Origin: Tubiluchus corallicola
Taxonomy: Eukaryota; Animalia; Priapulida
Direction: 5' to 3'
Length of the DNA: 64,000 nucleotides
NCBI GenBank assembly: GCA_030141605.1
Contig: JAQGDQ010000329.1
Location: 1 to 64,000, forward strand
The translations under genes were made by a program, and so were the position numbers. Shown in pieces: positions 23,693 through 34,770 of this stretch. The number at the start of each line of letters is the position of its first letter. The first letter of the stretch is position 1. The notes beneath the pieces are model-generated. The model was not told the origin of the DNA and did no database searches. It was given only the letters and a program-made list of their open reading frames with translations.

Positions 23693-26600
23693 AAAGCCAT
23701 CCACTTGGAAAACAGTTCATTTTACGTGTGAACGCAAGGAATAGAAGTGGCTCAGAAGAACAGGTTACACCTTTAGAAACGGTATCCATTATGGTGGGAC
23801 TTCGACCTCCTCAGTTTGCACAGGTGGAGTATATTACTGATGTCTATGAAAACACATCATACGGTGTTGTAGTGGAAACCATAATGGCAAAGTCTTTCAC
23901 TAAAAATAAAATTGTATATTCTATGAACAGTAATGGCAGTTTTGAAATACCAGATGCCAACAATGGTAATGTAGTTCTGCAGATGTCAGATCTCAATTAT
24001 TCAGATCCTGATCAAAAGAAAAAAACTTTTCGAAATAAGGTTGCAGCTATTGAGCAAGTTTCTGGAGGTGAACAATCTGAAACTGAGTTAATTCTGCAAG
24101 TAACAGATGTAAATAACCATGATCCACATTTTATAATGAATCCATTTGTTCAGTTTGATGTAGATGAAAAAGCTGAAATTAATGTTACACCTATAGCAAC
24201 AGTCCTAGCTACAGATCTAGATGATGGTTTAAATGCGGAAATTTTGTATAAAAGCAATGACAGACGTTTTACGATAGATGAAAATGGTGTGGTTAGAAAT
24301 CTGGTACGACTGGATTATTCCCAGTCACCATATAGAATTTCGGTAGTGGCACAGGATAAGAAAGGACAAGTACCTTACCGAGAGGACGTCAGTACACTGA
24401 TACTATATATCAAAAACAAGAACACACATGCACCAGAATTCACAAAGTCTCGTTATAATGCAACAATTGCTGAAAATGCAAGACCTGGATCGTTAGTGAC
24501 TGCAGTAAATGCGATTGATCTTGACAATGATGGAATCACTTACAGCATCGTTACTAATCCTGGTGAGATTTTTCAAATTGACTCAAAGACTGGTGTCATT
24601 ACAACTGTTCGGTTAATTGATTCAGATTTCTATGAGATTGAAGTGTCAGCACAGGATGATTCAGCATGCTGTGGTTATGAACCACCTTTTAATACTTCTC
24701 TGGCTTTGGTACATGTGGTTGTTTACACTTTAGTTAACATACCAAAGTTTCAGCAATCTACATACAGTACTAATGTGTCAGAATCTCTGTCTGTTGGATC
24801 AAATGTATTCACACTTTTTGCTGAAGACAATTCCTATTTTACAATTCTACACTATTACATAGTCGATGGTAATGAATTAGGTTCATTTGGAATAGGACAA
24901 ACGACAGGAGAAGTATACATTCAAAAGCAGCTTGACTACCAGATAAAAAATGTTTATAACCTAACTGCTGCAATAACAGATGGTAGTCAAAGCAGCACGT
25001 GTCAACTGCAGATAACTCTTAGGATTGAAAATTTGCGACCGCCGTCATTCAGTGAAAATGAATATAACATATCTACACCTGAAAGAAATACAAATGCTCC
25101 TATTAACATTTTCAAAGCTCAAGGAAATTTTGCTGATCCTGATTCACCAGATGATGCATTTCAGTTCGAACTGAGCGGACAAGGTTCACTTCCTGCTGAT
25201 GATCCTGCCTTTTCCATAGACAAGCAAACTGGTGACATTACAATGAACAAACCACTGATAAGGGACCCTCCTTATGGTCAAGAAGAGTACAATCTGTTGG
25301 TGTCTGTGATGGACAGTGTAGGCAACACTGGCTACACCAAAGTTATAGTTACTCTAGAAGATCAAAATAATTATCCTCCATATTGGCTTGATGTGGACTT
25401 GGATGGACTGATACATGGCTACATACTAGAAGGAGAATTTCCACAGACAGCAGTAATGCTGGCTACTGTAACAGATTACGATAAAAAAGGAACTCCTGGA
25501 GGAACAATTGTCTATGAAATGGAGCACAGTGATGACTTTTCCATTGATGCAAACACGGGAGAGGTAAAATCTGAAAGAGAATTTGATCGAGAACAGAAAG
25601 ATACATACTATGTCAAAATAAATGCAAAAGACCAAGGTACTCCACCTCTTATTGGTGAACAACAAGAAGTTGTAATTCATATTGTTGACAAAAATGATAA
25701 TTCACCCAAGTTTAATGAATCTTCATATAATGTTACTGTAGATGAAGGATTGCCAGAATATTCTTTTCTTTTTCGAATGGATGCATATGATGAAGATGTA
25801 GGAGATAATGCAAAGCTTGAATTTTCAATAGTAAATAATGACATTGTCGAAATGTTCCATCTTGTGTCTGATCCTAAAACAAGGACAGGAATACTTCAGG
25901 CAAAAGAAGTATTAGATTATGAAAATCCTCAACACCAAGTGATTGAGTTTGATGTCAGTGTCACCGATGGTCACCCAAATCATGACGACAGTGTTAAGGT
26001 TGTTCTTAGATTAAATAACTTGCCAGATACACCGCCAAAATTCGAAGATGACAATAAAAGAGTCAGTTTGCGTGAAAAAGATGCATTAACAGATACAACT
26101 GTAACTCAATTTATAGCACACTCGCAAGAGTCACATTTTCAAGAATTTACTTATGGTGTGGATTACTCATGGGACTCAGATCCTCATCAACGCTTCAGAA
26201 TTGATAACAGTGGCTTTGTAATTCTTAATGAAGATTTAAAACGAAATGATCAGGAACGGTACAATGTTAGAATCTTTGCGATTATGACGTTTGACCCTGC
26301 AGTTAGAAGTGAAGCCATGTTGAATTTGGAGTTGGTTGAGCCATATCCTCGCTTTGCTGAAGATTATGATATTAGGGTTGATGATCAAACACCTGCTGGG
26401 TCACAGCTTTTGCCAGTAGCTTGTGCTATGGATACATCAGAAGTGTCACCTCCATTTTCATTCACGAAAACTTTATATTTTCTCTGTGAAGATGACTTTG
26501 AAATTAATGAAGTAATAAGTGATTGTCCAGGAAATACTGGTGTACAACTTATTACTAAAAGAACAATGGATAGGCAGCATGATAAATCGTTTAAAGTGCC

Positions 26601-28779
26601 CATAGAGATATGTGACAGAGATCAAATTTGTGATGTGGACTTTGTAACAGTTACAGTTAATGATGACAATGATAACTTACATAAACCTGGAACTAAATCG
26701 ATCAGCGTGTTTAATTATAAAAACAATATTCCAGACAATACTGAAATAGGAACTGTGTATGCAGAAGGTGTAGCTGATTGGGATGTCGGTGACAAGACAT
26801 TCACAATCCAAGATCCTCAGCCAGAACACTTCTTAGTTGATGAAAATTCTGGGGCAGTGTTAATCAAAGAAAGAACTCCTGCTGGGCATTATCCTTTCAA
26901 AGTTGTTGTGTATGATGCAAAGCATGATGAGGAAGTTGTGTCAACTGTAAATGTTGATGTACAGAGTATCTGGGACGATGCTGTTTTTAACTCTGGGTCA
27001 GTTCGAATTCGTGACATGACAGCTGAACAATTTATAGATGCTGGCACTGAAAGCCAAAAAGTGGAAAGCAAACTTGAAAGCTTTAAGAAACAAATAGCTG
27101 TAGCTGCAAATGTGAATGTTGAAAAAGTATTAATCTTCAGTGTTATGGATCATGAAGGTAGAGATCCACCTGAAATTGATGTTCGCTATGCAGCGAGTGG
27201 TTCACCATATTATCCAGCTGAAAAATTAGATGGAGCTGTAGCAAATAACTTGGCAGAGATTGAAAGTGCAACTGATATGAATATTGTATTAGTTCCTGTT
27301 AATGAGTGCATCGAAGAAATTTGTCAAGGTGCATCAGGATGTCGCACTGTTCTTACTACTTCTCATAATCCAACTTACATTAATACTAACACAACATCAC
27401 TTCTGGCAGTAACTACAATTACAGAGTCAGACTGTGTTTGTGACATGAAAGATAACTCTGTTCTTGAGAACTGCAATTCTCCTCATGCTGCTTGTTTAAA
27501 TGGCGGGACATGCACAAATACAGCATCGGGTGTAAAGTGCGAGTGTCTAGAAGGATTTCTTGGCCCTCGTTGTCAGTTGACCACTCGTAGTTTCACAAGT
27601 GCTGGCTGGGCTTGGTTTGAACCACTTCAGCAATGTGAAGAAAGTCGGCTTACCTTTGAATTCATTACTCAGTCTCCAAATGGACTATTGCTTTACAATG
27701 GCCCTATTCGTAAACCTTATCCTACCGAGCCAAAAGACTACATTGGACTAGAACTTGTCAATGGTCAGCCAAGACTTCTTATTAACCATGGCTCAGGTAC
27801 TCTTGAGTTAACTGTGAAATCACAGAATCTTGCTGATGGAACTTGGCATCAGATAGATATTATAGCTGCTGGAAAAGAAATTACCTTAGTTATAGATAGA
27901 TGTAAAAATCTTGACATGCAAACTGAAAGTGGAAATCTTGATGAATCAAGTTGCAAAGCATCAGGTTTTACTCCTGGCGACAATTCGTTTTTAAATGTGG
28001 TTTCGCCTCTGCAGCTAGGTGGAATGTCTAATGCTGAAATAAATCATTTGGAATTAAGCTTTAGAGATGGATTTGATGGGTGCATCAAGAATGTTAACCA
28101 AGATGGCCGCCTATATGATTTGGGAAACCCCAATCTTTCAAAAGAAAGTTCTGCAGGGTGCTCACAAACAGATGCTTCTTGTGAGGCTAATAGCATACCA
28201 CCTCTGTGCATCAATGGAGAATGTAATGGATACATGGATGGATCAGTAGGAAAATGTGAATGCTTTGCTGGATTTCAAGGAGATAGATGTGATGAAATAA
28301 TAACAGAACACTACTTGTCTGATGAAAGCTACCTTCATTATCAGTTTACTGATCAAATAGAGTTGAGGCCTGACTGGACTGAGTTGTTCGTATCTTTTCG
28401 CACTGTTATGCTAGAGGGAGTAATCTTTATTGCCAAAGGAACAGACATTTACCTTAACGAGTATGTGTTGTTAAGAATTCGTAACAAGCTGGTAGAGTTT
28501 GGATGTGATCTTGGAAGTGGACCTAGGTGGGTGGAGCTACCGTCGATTGTACTAAATGACGGAGAGTGGCACACTGCACATGTGGAGCGATTTGGAAGTG
28601 ACATCTTCCTGAAAATTGACGGTGGTGGTCGGGGTAAGCAAACAGAACTTATAGGGCAACCAAATGACTTTCGCCTGATTGACATAGATAAGGATGATGT
28701 GATAGCTGGTGCAGAGATTGATCAATACCAAAGAGTTGGCAGTGGTTTTATTGGCTGCATTAATGACATAAGGTATTGA
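23693..28779 (+). CDS. DN-cadherin-like cadherin, exon 2 up to in-frame TGA (EC repeats, non-chordate domain, EGF-LamG-EGF-LamG)
   Basis: Repeated DxNDN/LDY/DRE-type motifs. Type III landmarks AKSF, DDSACC, SGQG, DWD, NSGSVR; EGF cysteine patterns; two LamG domains (GLLLYNGP, LADGTWH, LNDGEWH, FIGCINDIR). The spliced product to this stop is 1879 aa. Confidence 0.92.
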
Positions 28780-29286
28780 CAAGTGCATCTGCCACTCAGC
28801 GGAAATAATGAGTATGCATTTAGTACCAGTTATAACGTTGATGATGATTGCACTGATGATACAGATTGGTGTTTTACTGTCGAATGCAATGCACCTTTCA
28901 TTTGTGTAAGTCTGTGGTACCATGCAGAATGCCAGTGTCCAAACGGATATGAAGCAAATGAAGCAAATGATGATTGTCTCGATATTAATGAGTGCTTAGG
29001 CTTAATTAATCCTTGCCTTAATGATGGCATCTGTGAAAACAGTGAGGGTAACTTCACGTGCCGCTGTGTGAATGGTTATTATGGCATTTATTGTGACATT
29101 GGAATCGAGATAATAGTATCTGAGGTGTTTTTAAGTGAACGAGCACTTGCAGCACTTATCATTTGTTCGCTGTTGCTGTTGATGCTCGTCGCTGCGGTAT
29201 TTGTGTTTCTTTGGAGAAAGAAGACAAGAAATTATCCGGTTGGTATGATCAGTGATGAAAATAGTGCAGAGAATACAGTAGAGTAG
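28780..29286 (+). CDS. In-frame continuation of the cadherin beyond the TGA: end of LamG2, two EGF domains, transmembrane helix, short tail (readthrough extension or pseudogenised segment)
   Basis: Same frame as the upstream ORF with no frameshift. Calcium-binding EGF CLDINECLG...PCLNDGICENSEGNFTCRCVNGYYGIYC, then TM ALAALIICSLLLLMLVAAVFVFLW followed by RKK; ends at TAG 29284-29286. Confidence 0.7.
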   Translation, partial: QVHLPLSGNNEYAFSTSYNVDDDCTDDTDWCFTVECNAPFICVSLWYHAECQCPNGYEANEANDDCLDINECLGLINPCLNDGICENSEGNFTCRCVNGYYGIYCDIGIEIIVSEVFLSERALAALIICSLLLLMLVAAVFVFLWRKKTRNYPVGMISDENSAENTVE

Positions 29287-29591
29287 GACAACCCTCTAAC
29301 TGTAACTGGCCAATATTTTGGAGATTGTGATGTGATGGGCTTGCTGAAAGAAGAACACATTAAACTTAGTTGTGGAAAATATTTTAAAAACAAACGAATT
29401 AACTATGAATACTATCACTTCAGCAGTTGAACTGTCATTGATATCGGTGTTCTACAGGGTTCACCCTTTGGGCCATAATTCTTCACTATATTTATTATTT
29501 CTTAATGTAACACATATTCTTAAATTCACTGTCAAAAGTGCATCCACGATTCTGTGTATTGATTACTTTAAAATTGAATAAGTTTCTTTTC

Positions 29592-29597
29592 AATAAA
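29592..29597 (+). terminator. Candidate polyadenylation signal of the cadherin gene
   Basis: First AATAAA, about 305 bp after the TAG. Confidence 0.35.
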
Positions 29598-30234
29598 AAT
29601 GGGGATATTTGGCTGGAAGCTAATTATTTGTACCCAAATTTTGGCAGAAAAGTTTTGTTTTGAACAAAAATTCGATCTAGACCATTTTAATTATAAAATG
29701 TAACAATAGTCAGTTACTAAATACCTTGTGAGACAGCTCGATTTTATTCTTTCTTTTAAATTTTTGACCATAATTATAATAGAATAATACTTATATGTAC
29801 CCAGTAAGTAGTAATAAAAATCAAGGGAATTTCTCCTGTTCTATTACTGAGCTGCAAAATTTATCATATTGTTATTATGCTGCATTTATTTGCTTTCACT
29901 GTAATGTTAGATTATAGTAGACTTTGTATCGTGCATATAATAAAAACATTTTCTGCTAATTTATTCATTTATTTATCACGTTTAGTATCTCTTCGCTCAA
30001 AAAATCATACAAATCACTTCACTCTTCTGAAGTTGATGGTAATCTCAATTTATAAAAATCGATCATTACAAGGCATAAATCATTGATCTCAGATGTGCAG
30101 CTAAAGGTTTTCCTGGACGTGCACAGTGTCCTGAATCATTTTACTTCACATTCATTCAGGGCCTATTTCAGAAGTGGGATACTTCCCCGGGGTCTCACCC
30201 TCCAGGGGGCCTTGCGCCGAGGTAAAATTTTTTT

Positions 30235-30412
30235 GGTGAACGCTCTTTCAGTGTATTAAAAAATATCAAAACAGACAATCGTTCGACGATGAACCAGGAT
30301 CGGTTAAACGGTCTGTCAATTATTCGAATGAATGTGGATGTAGCAAGAGGCCTTGATTTTAACGGGTTAATTGATAACTTTGCAAAACAAAAAGTCAGAA
30401 GATGGCTTGTAC
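30235..30412 (+). mobile_element. hAT transposase C-terminal dimerisation-domain fragment
   Basis: GERSFSVLKNIKTDNRSTMNQDRLNGLSII...LIDNFAKQKVRR; a CAGGGCC hAT-like terminus lies at about 30157. Confidence 0.75.
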
Positions 30413-32486
30413 GGAAATGAGAGTGCGGTATTACGTATTGCAAAGATGTTGTTTTTGATTTTTTCTCTCCATATTTTCTGTTCGAAAATGCTTCTCTGGC
30501 ATTCTAGCAGTTCAAAAATTTTCTGGGCGCCAACCATGGTGAGTGATACCCCAACACACTCATCACACTTTCGTAATCCTGGTGAAGCTCATTCATTGAA
30601 AGACAGCTATGCAGCTCTTGGCAATTACATCAAAATAAATAATAATAATAGTTTCTTTGCATTTGAGATAGATAAGTGATCTCTGAACTAGGTTCACTTA
30701 TCTATTGAAAGTGGTCTACTCACAGTGAAAGAAAACATTCAGGAATACAGTGAGAACAGAGCCGATAACAATATTTAATGCACTTAATTCAACTCAAATT
30801 TAGGTCGAATTCTTGATTTATATGTAATTATTAGTTTTGCTTTTGGTGAGTTTAAATTTTCGGTTTTGTTTGCTAATTTAAGTTTTGCCTCTTCTCATAG
30901 ACAAACGTATTTACTGTTTCTAAATTTAAACTCATTTGAACTTGTTGCCTCATTTTTTTTGTTTTTATTTTATTTTGTTAAGTTGCTGATTATTTTAATT
31001 TGTACATACCTTACTTGACAGGTCACTTAGTTTGGATAGGGATGGTTGACTTGGTGACCCTTGGTCTTTTCGCCACCCCATCTCTTTTCCGTCTTTATTT
31101 TAGTTTTTACCTTTTGTTTATGTTTATTTTGTAGAGACAAATAAATGTTTTACTTACTCATTTTATATAGCGTCAGCATTAAAATAAATATAATTTTCAT
31201 TCACTATCAGCATAGAAAAATGTTTATAAAATAAAACAATTCACTTATTAATAAATTGCCTCACTGACAATTTTAAATTCTGCACACAGTAATTTGTTCA
31301 TAAGTTCACTGACTTATAGCCATAGAAAGCCCAAAAGTCATGCAAAATTGACTGATTGGTGATGTTGAAATGCAAAGTAACACAACCAAACTATAAGCTC
31401 TAAACTTGGAAAAGAAAATTTAGGAAAACCTTTATTCTAATGTGTTCGTAAAATCCTAAAATGTTTTGTCCTAATGTGCAAATAAGTTACCAGAAAAAAG
31501 ACTGCTGTAAACCTTTCAATCAAAGTTTTACTCATGATACTTGACATAACATAATATTATTTAAAATTTGGTGGATATAAGTGTATTAAAATTCAATTCT
31601 AACGTTGTCTAGCACCTGCAAAAATTCTATTTCCTGCAAAAGGAAGGGAAGTTCGCACTGCGATCATATTTTACGGTATGTTTAGGTTGAGTTTGTCTCC
31701 GGTCCTGCATGACTGAAAGAGTTGATGTGCATTCTAACATAAAAACTAGTTATAAAAAGATTTTTTTGTTTCCCGTCACATTATAAAAAAATCTCGTTGT
31801 AACCAAATTTTTTGTCATTGATAAATAAAAAATCTGATTTTTTATAATCGGATATCATGGCCTTATCACACTTTCGTAATCCTGGTGCAGCTCATTCATT
31901 AAAAGACAGTTTTGCAGCTCTTGGCAATTACATCAAAATAAATAATAATAATAGTTTCTTTGCATTTGAGATAGATAAGTGATCTCTAACCTAAGTTCAC
32001 TTATCTATTGAAAGTGGTCTACGCACAGTGAAAGAAAACATACAGGAATACAGTGAGAACAGAGCCGATAACAATATCTAATGCACTTAATTCAACTCAA
32101 ATTTAGGTTGAGTTCTTGATTTATATGTAATTATTAGTTTTGTTTTTGATGAGTCTAAATTGTCAATTTTCAGTTTGCTAATTTAAATTTTGCCTCTTCT
32201 CATAGCCAAACTTATTTACTGTTTCTAAATTTAAACTCATTTGAACTTGTTACCTCATTTATTTTCATTTTTTCTATTTTGTTAAGTTGCTGATAATTTT
32301 CATTTGTACATACCTTACTTGACAAATCACTTAATTTTCTTCAGTTTGGATAGGGGTGGTTGACTTGATGACTTTATTTTAGTTTTTACCTTTTGTTTAT
32401 GTTTATTTTTAACATTCGGAGATAAATAAATTTTTCACTTACTTATTTACTCATTTTATATAGCGACAGCATTAAAATAAATACAA

Positions 32487-32823
32487 TAGAGATGGATTTG
32501 ATGGGTGCATCAAGAATGTTAACCAAGATGGCCGCCTATGTGATTTGGGAAACACCGGTCTTTCAGAAGAAAGTTCTGCAGGATGCTCACAAACAGATGC
32601 TTCTTGTGAGGCTAATAGCATACCACCTCTGTGCATCAATGGAGAATGTAATGGATACATGGATGAATCGGTGGGGGAAATGTGAATGCTTTCCTTGACG
32701 GCAAAGAGATAGATGTGATGAAATAATAGCAGAACACTACTGGTCTGATGAAATATACCTTCATTATCAATTTACTGATCAAATAGAGCAGAGGCCTGAC
32801 TGGACTGAGCCTTCGTATCTTTT
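32487..32823 (+). pseudogene. Duplicated, degenerate fragment of the cadherin coding sequence (copy of about 28062-28398)
   Basis: Sequence nearly identical to LamG1-end/EGF2/LamG2-start of the cadherin, with an extra G (GTGGGGGAAA), substitutions and a small deletion that disrupt the frame. Confidence 0.9.
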
Positions 32824-32824
32824 A

Positions 32825-33830
32825 CAGTTAGCACAACTGGTCATCGCCCTGTAACTGTTTCTAAGAACTGTGTACAACTGGTTATTGTTCTTTCCAGGAA
32901 GTAAGAAAATGAGCAACGGTTTCTAAAGAATGTTGACAGTTGGTCACTGCTCTTTCTAGGAAGTAAGAAATGAGCAACGGTTTCTAAGAACTGCGGACAG
33001 TTGGTTACTGCTCTTTCCAGGAAGTAAGAAATGAGCAACGGTTTCTAAGGACTGTGGACAGTTGGTTACTGCTCTTTCCAGGAAGTAATAAATGAGCAAC
33101 GGTTTCTAAGGACTGTGGACAGTTGGTTACTGCTCTTTCCAGGATGTAAGAAATGAGCAACGGTTTCTAAGGACTGCGGACAGTTGGTCACTGCACTTTC
33201 CAGGAAGTAAGAAATGAGCAACGGTTTCTAAAGACTGTGGACAGTTGGTTACTGCTCTTTCCAGTAAGTAAGAAATGAGCAACGGTTTCTAAAGACTGTG
33301 GACAGTTGGTTACTGCTCTTTCCAGTAAGTAAGAAATGAGCAACGGTTTCTAAAGAATGTTGACAGTTGGTCATTGCTCTTTCCAGGAAGAAAGAAATGA
33401 GCAACGGTTTCTAAGGACTGTGGACAGTTGGTCATTGCTCTTTCCAGGATGTAAAAAATGAGCAACGGTTCGTAAGGACTGTGGACAGTTGGTTATTGCT
33501 CTTTCCAGGAAAAAAGAAATGAGCAACGGTTCCTAAGAACTGTGGACAGTTGGTTATTGCTCTTTCCAGGATGTAAGAAATGAGCAACGGTTCCTAAGGA
33601 CTGTGGACAGTTGGTTATTGCTCTTTCCAGGATGTAAGAAATGAGCAACGGTTTCTAAGGACTGTGGACAGTTGGTTATCGCTCTTTCCAGGATGTAAGA
33701 AATGAGCAACGGTTTCTAAAGAATGTTGACAGTTGGTCATTGCTCTTTAAAGGAAGAAAGAAATGAGCAACGGTTTCTAAGAACTGTGTGTAGCTGGTCA
33801 TTGCTCTTTCCAGGAAGTAAGGAAATGAGT
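32825..33830. repeat. 61-bp minisatellite, about 16 copies
   Basis: Unit GAAATGAGCAACGGTTTCTAAGGACTGTGGACAGTTGGTTACTGCTCTTTCCAGGAAGTAA. Confidence 0.95.
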
Positions 33831-34029
33831 ACAATGGTTTATTGGCCGCACACAGTTGTTAACGTCGATCCTAATAAATGATGTCATTAACCAGTAACTA
33901 CAAGTGCGCATAGTACAGACACGGTATAAGCACGGAAATAATGTTATCCAACTTGTTTAAATAACGTGCGTAATTAATTAGTATAGAATAATTCTATCTC
34001 ACTCTATTACTCATGACTAATATTATGAC

Positions 34030-34530
34030 TTTATTAAAAAATTACCAGTACCTTAAGCATTTACGGTATGAGATACAATGCAGCATGATTGACATTTAAT
34101 CAAAAATTGCCAGTACCTTAAGCAATCACGGTATGAGATACAATGCAGCATGATTGACGTTTAGTCAAAAATTGCCAGTACCTTAAGCAATCACGGTATG
34201 AGATACAATGCAGCATGATTGACATTTAATCAAAAATTACCAGTAGCTTAAGCAGTTAGTCAAAAATACCAGCAGCCTAAGGAATTACGGTACGAGATAC
34301 AATACTGCATGACTGACATTTAGTCCAATATGCCAGTAGCTTAAGCAACCACAGTACGAAATACAATACAGCATGAATGACATTTAGTCAAATATTGCCA
34401 GTAGCTTAAACAATTACGGTACGAGATACAATACAGCATGATTGACATTTAGTCAAATGTTGCCAGTAGCTTAAGCAATTACGGTGCGAGATGCAATACA
34501 GCACGATTGACATTTGGTCAAAAATTACGG
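34030..34530. repeat. 65-bp minisatellite, about 8 copies
   Basis: Unit AAAAATTGCCAGTACCTTAAGCAATCACGGTATGAGATACAATGCAGCATGATTGACATTTAATC. Confidence 0.9.
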
Positions 34531-34559
34531 TATCTTATGCAATTACATTAAAACATTAT

Positions 34560-34770
34560 AACCACCACCACCAACAAAACCACCACCACCACCATCACCA
34601 CCAATACCACTACCACCACCATCACCACCGCCAATACTATTGCCACCAAGAATTCTATCACCACCACCACCACCACAACCACCAATACTATCACTACCAA
34701 GAATATTATCACCACCACCAGCACTACCATCACCACCACCACCGCCGCCACTGCCACCGCCACTACCGTC
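34560..34770. repeat. (CAC/ACC)n triplet tract
   Basis: Seen directly. Confidence 0.9.

Noticed and set aside
28777-28779. Selenocysteine interpretation of the cadherin TGA
   Set aside because: The position is not an expected Cys in the LamG motif, and I could not identify a SECIS by eye; a SECIS search of 29287-29900 would settle it.
25426-29057. Antisense and alternative-frame ORFs within the cadherin
   Set aside because: Shadow ORFs of a long coding exon with no recognisable motifs.
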